A stretch of DNA of 54,847 nucleotides from Pseudomonadota bacterium (GTDB lineage Bacteria; Myxococcota; JACRCW01; JAFGSX01): contig JBDRCO010000029.1 of assembly GCA_043821645.1 (NCBI GenBank), positions 1-54,847 on the forward strand, read 5' to 3'. A model generated the notes under the pieces. The model worked only from the letters and a program-made list of their open reading frames with translations, searched no databases and had not been told where the DNA came from. This document shows positions 47,301-54,847 of the stretch, piece by piece. Each line of letters starts with the position of its first letter. Positions within the stretch are counted from its first letter, which is position 1. The translations under genes were made by a program, and so were the position numbers.

Positions 47301-49489
47301 CCACCGCCGCGGGCGACGTCGACGAGACCTGGGAGTGGGATGGGCACCTGTGGCACCTGCTCGACCCCGCCACCAAGCCCCGGCCGCGACACGCGCACAG
47401 CATGGTCTACGACGAGGCCAGGGCACGGGTCGTGATGTACGGGGGCAAGACCACGTCGACAGACTGGGCCGAAACCTGGGAGTGGGATGGTCACGACTGG
47501 CTGCAGCGCTTTCCGGCGCACGATCCGTGCTGGCGACGCTTCGCCGCCATGGCCTACGACGCTTCTCGCCGTCGCGTCGTGCTGTACGGCGGTTTCAGCG
47601 ACGAGCAGGGCCGCTGTGGGCTGCCCGGTCAGCCCGATCGCAACGACGACACCTGGGAGTGGGATGGCCAGGACTGGGATCGTGTTCAACCCGTGGACAC
47701 GCCAGGCCCCCGCGAGAGCCACACCATGGCCTTTGACGCGTCTTCCAAGAAGATCGTGCTCTTTGGCGGAAACGACCTCACCGACGGGTGCTATTCGTCC
47801 GAGACCTGGCTGTGGGACGGAGCGAACTGGAGCCTGGCGACGACGACGGGGCCGAGTGCACGCTGGGGGGCCACCGCGGTCCACGATGGTGCACAGAGCC
47901 AGCTCCTGCTGTTCGGGGGCTACGCGTCGACGAGCGCGAGCCACTACGGAAATTTCGACGACACCTGGGCCTGGACAGGCACGGCCTGGACGCCGGCGGA
48001 CGGAGCGCGGAGGCCGGAGGCGCGGCACGGTCATACGGCGGTGTACGACGCCGCGAGGCAGCAGGTGTTTCTTTTCGGAGGCAACACCGGCCGCGAGCTG
48101 CCCACGGGCCCCGTCCAGCGCAGCAACTCGACCTGGCTCCGCGACCCCCGGGGCTGGCGCCAGATCCGTCCCGAGATCAGTCCCGATCCTCGCATCGATC
48201 TGGCCATGGCCTACGACGCGGTGAGCCAGAAGACCCTGCTTTACGGTGGTTCGACCTCCAGCAGCAGCTGTGACCGCACCACCTGGCTGTGGGATGGCGA
48301 GACCTGGCACGCGCTGGCGACGGCGGTGAGCCCCACGGCGTGCCACCAGCATGCCCTGGCCCATGACGTGTCCCGGGGACGCACGGTGCTGTATGGCGGC
48401 GCCCACTTCAGTGGCGTCATCAGCTACCCGGACGAGGACACCTGGGAGTGGGACGGCAGCCAGTGGTCCAAGCCCTCGGCGCTGGGCCATCCGCGCTCAC
48501 TGCGCCAAAGCGCCCTGGTCTACGACGGGCTGCGCGATCGCAGCGTGCTCTATGGCGGCCATTTCAGCTGCACTCAAAGCGAGACATGGGAGTGGCGCTT
48601 CGATGCCCTCAACTGCTTCCCGTCCGACGAGGCCTGCTGGACCCGGCTCAGCAACACAGGAGGTCCCACGAGCTGCCAGCTCTTTGCCATGGCCTACGAC
48701 GAGGGGCGCGATCGCGTCGTCCTCAACGGTGGCACCGATGCTGCGAGCGCCTGTCTCGACGAGACCTGGGAGTTCGGAGAGTGGGGCGTGCCCACCTGTG
48801 CCGTGGCCGGCGAGCCGTGCTGGGGACTGCTCTCCCCGGCGCAGCAGCCCCCGGCGCTGCAGTACCACGCCATGGTCTACGACCCCGGCCGGCAGCAGAC
48901 CCTGCTCTTCGGTGGCGGCCAGTGCGCGAACCCGCTGGTGTACACCGACGAGACCTGGGAGTGGAACGGCACGACCTGGACCCCCACCACCGTCGTCGAG
49001 AAGCCGGCTCGGCGTCAACGCCACGCCATGAGCTACGACCCGGTGCGCGGCAAGGTGGTGTTGTTCGGCGGCAACGCGGGCAGCGGGCGCGACGCCGAGA
49101 CCTGGGAGTTCGACCACGACCAGGTCCAGCCGGCGCAGGTGTTTCGCGTGGACCTGGCAGCCATGCGCCTCGATGCCACGGCCACGGTCACTGGCCTCGA
49201 TGTGCTGCTGCGCTCCGGTGCCCGCGGTGAGGTGGCCGGTTCCGCCCAGCCAGGGGCCGAGCTCCATGCCTGGCAGGGTGACCATTGGGTCAGCCTGGAC
49301 AGCAACAGCGCGCCGCTGGCGACGCCTGCGGATCTTCCCTGGAGCCCCACGGACATCAGCGTTGTCGAGCGCATGCGCGTGCGCGACACCCTGCACTTCG
49401 CGGTCACACCGCGTGGCCCCAATGGCACAGGTTTGGCCCAGGTTCGCACCGACTACGCCGAGCTGAGGCTGCGCTACCGTCTGCCCTGA
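44327..49489 (+). CDS. Giant (~1720 aa) surface lipoprotein with Ig-like repeats and 12 Kelch repeats
   Basis: GTG overlaps the upstream TGA; signal ending in Cys; repeated D.T.P / D..GN Ig-like modules; 12 (H)AMAYD..R...VLFGG...ETWEWDG units. Confidence 0.85.
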   Translation: MRPLTLATRGLCLALLLADCNKDQQPGSFEVVFDWSATSAPTAAEFPELWVRGRVERRDGTDRAAWTVVAEAAPAAYGFSGDTQLAFSAVPNEARALLVVVLEIAALQERASPATFYGESEPFAIQPEQQVEVKVRMQTRRVPHVPAGTDPTGALSIVEAAAQDGLVGSPEVTLSFVAEGASQVLVANDLSFSLHRSQRAITELSRDGEHYLWRSWNLDTGLCSQPPCADGTRRVYLKLLNDEGYASPVLSTQATVDTTPPRVTHSVATPHLLKLDGQVALQLTLDEPLKAGASPTANAFTAGSASLDLGQAQVSSDRLTLSWVYRAAAGADGEYALRVTGLCDRVNNCHGSALTEDVDGQALCPFSVDATAPIIEVLTTPSPRYSAHSGYDLVQVRLRADQAPQRYELWVDDERISDSCASSTSDPREIACSYQVVDDGTTPGGTRVVYATIWDAAGNSDGADAPIVLDFEPPVLLSPVVSPGVANATSAVAVSFSFSEPVTATTVHWDGLGFSGGATGLDFTYTLPPGSAGGDGSHSFTVSTRDLVGNALVDVAVGDLHVDATLPGPVPGSISVSPTSVHLGDTFTLAFTIDEELSQEPVVLVAGLAVNSCTRVGLDVTCTHQPAAGDLDGFKDLTVSLVDLAENHATHHLGAVEYDSTPPAVIGASLLREPFFAPARDGQRTWFSATDPFTDSPVTARLYVFASERLNNSLVNGRPVLSVTGPGNASLPFVLDAVDEALAIFSYTFDPNPAVPYVDGAYQFTVTWADLARNATTRVLPVTMMLVAAAPGLGVDVDHTVYRRIPWGAEESSGVPRFSLSGNVGVSSSAVHVLAFRDTQARSGDQIGMGDVDAGSGDFTIPDLSGGDVDRVYAVAVHRSGARGPVQGIRDVEWVATLGRKLAGSTASNPHRFENLVEFPPMLYAASNATTSEVGGAAAGVGSPGWAQVAGDAGWTRVRAPDTEGQAQPSPRQDHAMAYDVARGRSVLFGGTTAAGDVDETWEWDGHLWHLLDPATKPRPRHAHSMVYDEARARVVMYGGKTTSTDWAETWEWDGHDWLQRFPAHDPCWRRFAAMAYDASRRRVVLYGGFSDEQGRCGLPGQPDRNDDTWEWDGQDWDRVQPVDTPGPRESHTMAFDASSKKIVLFGGNDLTDGCYSSETWLWDGANWSLATTTGPSARWGATAVHDGAQSQLLLFGGYASTSASHYGNFDDTWAWTGTAWTPADGARRPEARHGHTAVYDAARQQVFLFGGNTGRELPTGPVQRSNSTWLRDPRGWRQIRPEISPDPRIDLAMAYDAVSQKTLLYGGSTSSSSCDRTTWLWDGETWHALATAVSPTACHQHALAHDVSRGRTVLYGGAHFSGVISYPDEDTWEWDGSQWSKPSALGHPRSLRQSALVYDGLRDRSVLYGGHFSCTQSETWEWRFDALNCFPSDEACWTRLSNTGGPTSCQLFAMAYDEGRDRVVLNGGTDAASACLDETWEFGEWGVPTCAVAGEPCWGLLSPAQQPPALQYHAMVYDPGRQQTLLFGGGQCANPLVYTDETWEWNGTTWTPTTVVEKPARRQRHAMSYDPVRGKVVLFGGNAGSGRDAETWEFDHDQVQPAQVFRVDLAAMRLDATATVTGLDVLLRSGARGEVAGSAQPGAELHAWQGDHWVSLDSNSAPLATPADLPWSPTDISVVERMRVRDTLHFAVTPRGPNGTGLAQVRTDYAELRLRYRLP

Positions 49490-49700
49490 CCGCTGCATCT
49501 TGCCACAGCCTGATGCAAGCTGCGGCAGCGCTGGCCCGAGGGCGCATCCCCTGACCGTGCTGACAAGCCCGTGTATCCGCCCCTTTGGGTGAATCCCTGC
49601 GCTGGCCCGCCGCTTGCTCTGCCAGGCTGCGCGGTCATCGCCACAAGCTGACCGCTACACCGTCATCAACTCCGGCCAGAGCTGGCCGCAGGAGGGAGTC

Positions 49701-50756
49701 ATGTGTACTCGTTCTCGATACGCCCTTGTCCTGTTCATTTTCTCCAGCCTCGCGCTGCAGGTCTTGGGCTGTGCGCCAAGACCGTCACATGGTCAAGGTA
49801 TCGTGGGTCTGGGCAGCTCGCGCAGCTCGCCCCGCATCATCGGGGGGGATGCCTATGCGGGCCTGCCCGCCGTGGGCGCCCTGACCTACGACGGCGCACC
49901 TTTTTGCTCTGGCACTCTCATCGCGCCTCGCCTGGTGCTCACCGCCGCGCACTGTCTCGAGAACGATGCACCCTGGCTGATCCGCTTTGCCATCGGCCCC
50001 TCGGCCTGGGAGCCCGAGGCAGAGCTGGGCGTGGTCGAACTCGAGCCACACCCGGACTACGACCCCGACACCCTCGAGGCGGACGTGGGGCTGGTGCATC
50101 TGGCCCGCGATGCTCGAGTTCCTCCGCTTCCCCTGCTGCAGCGCATGGATTCGAGCTGGATCGGCGTCGAGCTTCAGTTCGTGGGCTATGGCATGGACGC
50201 GCCTTATTCGCCCGAGCGGGTGGGCATCAAGCGCGAGGTGCGCATGCCCATCGAACGCGTCGCTCCCCTCGAGATCGAGTTCGGCGGCTACGACGCCAAC
50301 ATCTGCAACGGCGATTCGGGTGCGCCCGCGCTGTACGAGGACAGCGGACAGGTCCAGGTCGTCGGCGTCATCTCGTCGGGCGACGCCTGGTGCGAGCGCT
50401 TCGGCATCGCCACCCGGGTCGATCCCTACCTCGATTTCATCCTCGGCCGGGAGCTGGATCCTTGTGGCGGTGAAACCCTGGCTGGCCGCTGCGACTCAGA
50501 CATCGTGTGGTGGTGCGAGGATGAGGTGGTCTACAGCTGGGACTGTGGCGACGACGACAAGTACTGCGCTGTCAACGCCCAGGGCATGGCGGACTGCGCC
50601 GATGCTCCTTGCGCGGGCGAGACCTGGTACGGCCGCTGCGAGGGCCAAACCCTGGTGTGGTGTGAGAATGACCGGGTGCAGAGCCAGGACTGCCGCGAAC
50701 TCGACGCCAGTTGCGAGCTGTACGACGAGGAGGAGGGCTACTACTGCCTGGAGTAG
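49701..50756 (+). CDS. Trypsin-like S1 serine protease lipoprotein with Cys-rich C-terminal repeats
   Basis: IIGG, CSGTLI, TAAHC, D and GDSG motifs; two C.GET..GRC....WCE repeats; GGAGG RBS. Confidence 0.92.
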   Translation: MCTRSRYALVLFIFSSLALQVLGCAPRPSHGQGIVGLGSSRSSPRIIGGDAYAGLPAVGALTYDGAPFCSGTLIAPRLVLTAAHCLENDAPWLIRFAIGPSAWEPEAELGVVELEPHPDYDPDTLEADVGLVHLARDARVPPLPLLQRMDSSWIGVELQFVGYGMDAPYSPERVGIKREVRMPIERVAPLEIEFGGYDANICNGDSGAPALYEDSGQVQVVGVISSGDAWCERFGIATRVDPYLDFILGRELDPCGGETLAGRCDSDIVWWCEDEVVYSWDCGDDDKYCAVNAQGMADCADAPCAGETWYGRCEGQTLVWCENDRVQSQDCRELDASCELYDEEEGYYCLE

Positions 50757-50822
50757 TTGCTGCGCGCACGCATCAGGGGACGGAATAAGGGGTCGGGCGC
50801 CCGAGGTTCGATCGGTCGCGGC

Positions 50823-53800
50823 CTACTGCTGTGCTTGCTCCACCACGCTGGTGACCGTTCCGTTGCCGCTGCTCGCCGTGTAGGACGTGTAGCCGCCGAT
50901 GGCGAAGATGCGCGTGTAGATACGCTCCATCGCAAAGAAGGCGTGGGCAGTGTGGGGCGCCACGCTGGTGGACTGCTTGCCGCCGACCAGGTCCTGCTCC
51001 ACGTCGTAGTTCGAGGGCGCTGGCGAGCAAGCCGCCTCGTTGTTCTCCGCTCCCGGAGGACACATGGGGTAGCGATCGATGTTGCCGCCGACCTGACCGT
51101 CAAAGCCGAGCACGGCGTAAAGGTAGTTGAAATAAAGCAGGCCTTCGAGGCCAACGGCGCTGGCATAGGTACCGTTGGGCTTGTCATTGAAAGTCCAGCT
51201 CAGCAGATCGCCGTTGTTCGAGATGAAGCTGGTCTCGAACAGGTGGTCGCCTCCGCCCTCTGTGATCATGGTCTCGCCACCGGTTCCCAGCAGGGCGCGA
51301 GAGCCGTAGAGAACGGTCACGAACACCTGCTCGCCGTTCTCCTCCAGGGTGACGCCGAGGGCCGGTGGCGCGGTGAAGCCGTTGACGCAGACCGTGTCCA
51401 CGCCGTCGCAGTTCTCGTCGATGCCGTTGTTGCACATGCCCGCCGCGGGCCAGGGCAGTTCGACCACGCCGGGGTTGATGTTGGGGTTGGTGTCGTCGCA
51501 ATCCGTGCCGCCACACTCGACGCTGACGTAGCCGTCGCGGTCGCGGTCGCGCAGCTGCGGCAGCGAGCAGGGGCTGATGGCCGCGTCCCGGGTGACCGCG
51601 GCGTCCGGGATCACGCTGCCGTCGGCGGTGACGCTGCTGTCCACGGCCACGCTGCCATCCACCGGAGGCACGAAGGTATCAAAACCGGCGGCGTCAAAGC
51701 TGCAGGCCAGGTCGTTGCCGTCGCAGTTCTGATCGATGCCGTCGCCGCAGATCTCGGCGCGGCCGGGGTAGATCTCGTTGTTGAAGTCATCGCAGTCCGT
51801 GCCACCGCAGGCGATGCTGTCAAAGCCGTCAGCGTCCTGGTCGCGCTGCTGTGGCGTGTCGCAGCTGCCGGCCTGGCAGGTCGGGTCTATGCCGTCGCAG
51901 TCCTGGTCGACGCCGTCGCCACAGGGGTCCGCGGCCCCGGGGTGGATGCGTGGATCATCGTCCGCGCAATCGGTGCCGCCGCAGTCCACGGCGCGATAAC
52001 CGTCCGCGTCACGGTCCGGCACCGCGCAGGGATCCACGATGACAGGCGGCACGGGATCGCTGTGTGAACCCGCGTTGGTGACCAGGCCAAAGAACGCGCG
52101 GCCTGTACCCAGCTCAAGGTGGGCCGAGGTGGGGCTGCTCGGGTCCGCACGCTGGAACTCCCAGCCCAGCAGGTCACCCGGCGCGACATTCGAGTCGCCG
52201 AGCAGGGCCACCTCGGTGCGCTCGGTGGTGCGTTCGTAGACGCCTGAGCCGGCCCGGTCCGAGCGGCCCGCTACCATGAAGATGTAGGTCTTGAAACCGG
52301 GCTCGTCGGGACCGGGGTTGAACACGGGCACGTCAAGCACAAAAGCCTCGCCACCCTCACGAGGCATGTTGAGCTGCATGCGGGTGGGTAGGGTCTCGAA
52401 CAGCGACAGGCTGCCCCGGGCCAGGGGTAGCACCGCGTCCACGGCCGGCGCGTTGGTGTCGACGGTGTCGCCGCCGTCGGTGTAGTTCGTCGCTGTGAGC
52501 GCGCCCGTGTCGAGCAGGTAGCTCTGACCCAGGCCGTCGCCGCCAGCCTCGGTGCGGTACAGGCGATAGGCGGTGGCGCCCGGCACCGCAGACCAGCTCA
52601 GGCTGACCTCGTCCTCGCTCGCGGTGACCTCGGCCACGACGCGGTAGCCGGGGCGCGTCCACAGGGTCCCGCCTCCACCATCTGGCACCTCGGCGGCCAC
52701 GCGATAGCCGTACAGGCTTGCGGCCAGGTTGCCGCTGCCAGCCTTGGCCTGGGCGGTCAGGTTGCCCGGGGCCGGGGCCAGGTTCCCCACGCCGTCGTCG
52801 ACGAAGTGCACGAAGCTGCCGCTCGCCGGGTCGACGAAGGTGGTCAAAAAGCGCGAGGACTGGGCGCGACCGTCCGTGGCCAGGGAGCGATACACGGCGT
52901 AGAACAGGGCTCCCGGATAGCTCTCGACGCTGAGCTGCACGCGACCCTGGGCGCTGGTGCGCGCGATCACCTCGCGCGAGGCCAGGCCCTCACCGAGCTG
53001 GGTCACGGCGGCCACGCGGTAGTACCAGCCGCCCGCGGGGAGAGATCCGGTGCTGTCCAGGTAGCGTGCGCCGGTCACGCCTGGGATCGAGTCCAGGCCC
53101 AGGATCTTGGCGCGTTCCACATCCACCGTGGGCGTGGGGGTGGCGCTGTCGTCGACGGTGCCACCGATGACGTACACAAAATTCTGCACCCGCACCATCT
53201 GGTGATTCTTGCGCGGGGTGCGCAGGGTGTTGTCGATGCGCTCGCCGTTGCCGGCCGGGTTGGTCTGCTTCAACCTGGCAAACTGTCCGGGCTGGCCAAA
53301 GGGCGTCACGCTCGCGCGCTCGATGCTGTCGAGGTAGGCCGCGCTGGAGCCAACGCCACCGGAGACATAGATGTGTGCGTTGAACAGATCGTCGAAGCCC
53401 ACGGTCGAGTCATGACGGGCGCGGCCGTCGACCAGGGTCATGGCCGTGCCCGAGCCGGGGCACTGTGCGCGGTCGAACTCGAGGTACTCGCAGAAGGCGC
53501 TCAGCTTGCCATCGGCGTTGGAGGTGACGGTCATCGAGTAGTAGGTGCCAAACTGTCCGTCGGGGTTGGTCACCCGCACGGCAGCGACCAGGCCCTGGCC
53601 CAGGCCGCAGTTCGTCGCCGCGGCGGCCAGGTTGCGCCACAGCACCGTCGAGGAGTCGGCCGCGGGCGGGGTTCCCAGCTCGGGAACCAGGCAGGGCCCC
53701 ATGCCGAAGCTGGGGCTGAGCAACTCGACCACGGCGCCGGCGGTCGCGAAGTTCTTGCCCGTCAGCTTGAGGGTCCCGGGGGTGGTCAGCTGGCCAGAAC

Positions 53801-54836
53801 GAGGTCGCGCCGGATCGATGGCGTCGATGACGGGCGGCGGGATGGGGGTAATTTCGAACAGGCCGCGGCGCTGCAGGGTGAAGGTCCCGGCGTCCGTGGA
53901 CACCACGGTGTCCTCGAGCCAGAAGGCTCCCTGACCGTCGGGGTTCTCCAGGAACACGTGATACAGGCCCGTCGGCATGGCCTGGGACTCGCTGGGCACC
54001 ACCGCCACCACCTGGGTGTCGGACAGGTAGTTGACGTCGCTGGCGGCAAAGCGCCGGTTGGGGTTGTTGACGTCTATCCACAGCACATTGGGCACGGCGG
54101 CGAAGTTGCCACCGCGCACCGTGATGGCGCGGTCAGACAGCACTGTGTCGGTGATGGTTCCCGCATAAGCCGAGGTCGGCGTCACGTCGGTGACCACCGG
54201 CGGCGGCACCACGGTCACGGTGTACGGGGTGGGTGCCATGGCGGTGCGCGGCGCCGGTGAACCCGAGGGATTCTCCACCGTCACGTCGTAAGGGCCCGCC
54301 GGACGGTCACTGGGTGGACTGAGCATGGGGAAGGTCAGCTGGATGGAGGTGCCGTTGGCCGCCACCGCGCCGTTGCTGATGACCTCGGTGGCGCTCGCCT
54401 GGGTCTGGTGTGCGAAGGTCACCACCGCGCCGGGCAGGATGGCCACGCCCGTGATCACGATGTCCACGTCCTGCCCGCGCCAGCCAGCGCTCGGGAACAA
54501 GCCGGTGATGGTCAGGGTCGGTGGCGCGAGGTCCTCGCCCACGGTGTCGGCGATGGTGGCGTCGAGGCCGCTGCTGTCGCCCGCCGGGCCGTCCTGCCCG
54601 GTGGCTCCGTCTTGCCCCGTGGCCGCGTCCTGGCCTTGTCCCGTGTCGATGCCCACCAGGTCGACACCCGTCCAGTCACGGCCCGTGAGGTCCGTGCCGA
54701 CATTGGCGTCGCTCACGACGCTGCCGTCGCGGGCCCCGGCGTCCTTGCCTGGAGTGGTGGTGGTGCCGCAGTCGCACCCGGCGATCGAGAGAGTGGCACA
54801 CATGCCAGCCGAAAATGCGAGTCGCATCCATTTCAT
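50823..54836 (-). CDS. Large lipoprotein with IPT/TIG-like, Kelch-like and FN3-like domains and three MopE-like putative metal-binding repeats
   Basis: IAGC lipobox; three V.NP.G-containing TIG-like domains; IYVSGG/VYVIGG/IFAIGG Kelch blades; three D.D.DG....C.GTDC.D.....PG....C..G.D..CDG repeats. Confidence 0.83.
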   Translation of the reverse strand: MKWMRLAFSAGMCATLSIAGCDCGTTTTPGKDAGARDGSVVSDANVGTDLTGRDWTGVDLVGIDTGQGQDAATGQDGATGQDGPAGDSSGLDATIADTVGEDLAPPTLTITGLFPSAGWRGQDVDIVITGVAILPGAVVTFAHQTQASATEVISNGAVAANGTSIQLTFPMLSPPSDRPAGPYDVTVENPSGSPAPRTAMAPTPYTVTVVPPPVVTDVTPTSAYAGTITDTVLSDRAITVRGGNFAAVPNVLWIDVNNPNRRFAASDVNYLSDTQVVAVVPSESQAMPTGLYHVFLENPDGQGAFWLEDTVVSTDAGTFTLQRRGLFEITPIPPPVIDAIDPARPRSGQLTTPGTLKLTGKNFATAGAVVELLSPSFGMGPCLVPELGTPPAADSSTVLWRNLAAAATNCGLGQGLVAAVRVTNPDGQFGTYYSMTVTSNADGKLSAFCEYLEFDRAQCPGSGTAMTLVDGRARHDSTVGFDDLFNAHIYVSGGVGSSAAYLDSIERASVTPFGQPGQFARLKQTNPAGNGERIDNTLRTPRKNHQMVRVQNFVYVIGGTVDDSATPTPTVDVERAKILGLDSIPGVTGARYLDSTGSLPAGGWYYRVAAVTQLGEGLASREVIARTSAQGRVQLSVESYPGALFYAVYRSLATDGRAQSSRFLTTFVDPASGSFVHFVDDGVGNLAPAPGNLTAQAKAGSGNLAASLYGYRVAAEVPDGGGGTLWTRPGYRVVAEVTASEDEVSLSWSAVPGATAYRLYRTEAGGDGLGQSYLLDTGALTATNYTDGGDTVDTNAPAVDAVLPLARGSLSLFETLPTRMQLNMPREGGEAFVLDVPVFNPGPDEPGFKTYIFMVAGRSDRAGSGVYERTTERTEVALLGDSNVAPGDLLGWEFQRADPSSPTSAHLELGTGRAFFGLVTNAGSHSDPVPPVIVDPCAVPDRDADGYRAVDCGGTDCADDDPRIHPGAADPCGDGVDQDCDGIDPTCQAGSCDTPQQRDQDADGFDSIACGGTDCDDFNNEIYPGRAEICGDGIDQNCDGNDLACSFDAAGFDTFVPPVDGSVAVDSSVTADGSVIPDAAVTRDAAISPCSLPQLRDRDRDGYVSVECGGTDCDDTNPNINPGVVELPWPAAGMCNNGIDENCDGVDTVCVNGFTAPPALGVTLEENGEQVFVTVLYGSRALLGTGGETMITEGGGDHLFETSFISNNGDLLSWTFNDKPNGTYASAVGLEGLLYFNYLYAVLGFDGQVGGNIDRYPMCPPGAENNEAACSPAPSNYDVEQDLVGGKQSTSVAPHTAHAFFAMERIYTRIFAIGGYTSYTASSGNGTVTSVVEQAQQ

Positions 54837-54847
54837 GGCTAGACCCC

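Overview
GC-rich chromosomal window whose gene content points to a Myxococcota/deltaproteobacterial-type organism (inferred from many Cys-rich lipoproteins with D/A/G-rich linkers, PEGA, Kelch and MopE-like repeats). It holds about 31 protein-coding genes: a FabH fragment, POT and MFS transporters, GH36 and GH13 glycosidases, an SDR, TetR plus esterase, a serine hydrolase, two metallophosphoesterases, an O-methyltransferase, an M50 peptidase, a PAS histidine kinase, a Ski2-like helicase, an S1 protease and many large surface lipoproteins. I found no rRNA, tRNA, CRISPR array, integrase or transposase. The strongest unexplained signal lies at ~11.2-21.9 kb. Four AT-rich intergenic elements (three complete, 135-142 bp; one truncated) share a 25-30 bp terminal inverted repeat, GGGG(A/T)CTGGCACTTACAATTACATTT, but have unrelated ~83 bp spacers. 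They divide the region into 3-5 kb modules of unrelated cargo genes. The three complete elements carry short tandem duplications across an outer end. One sits exactly at the breakpoint of an orphan 3' fragment (78% identical) of the alpha-amylase gene found 10 kb away. Together this suggests a REP/REPIN-like, cassette-style gene acquisition hotspot whose enzyme would be encoded elsewhere. A second, unrelated ~75-80 bp palindromic repeat occurs twice (10566, 14422). All family assignments come from motif recognition by eye, not database searches.
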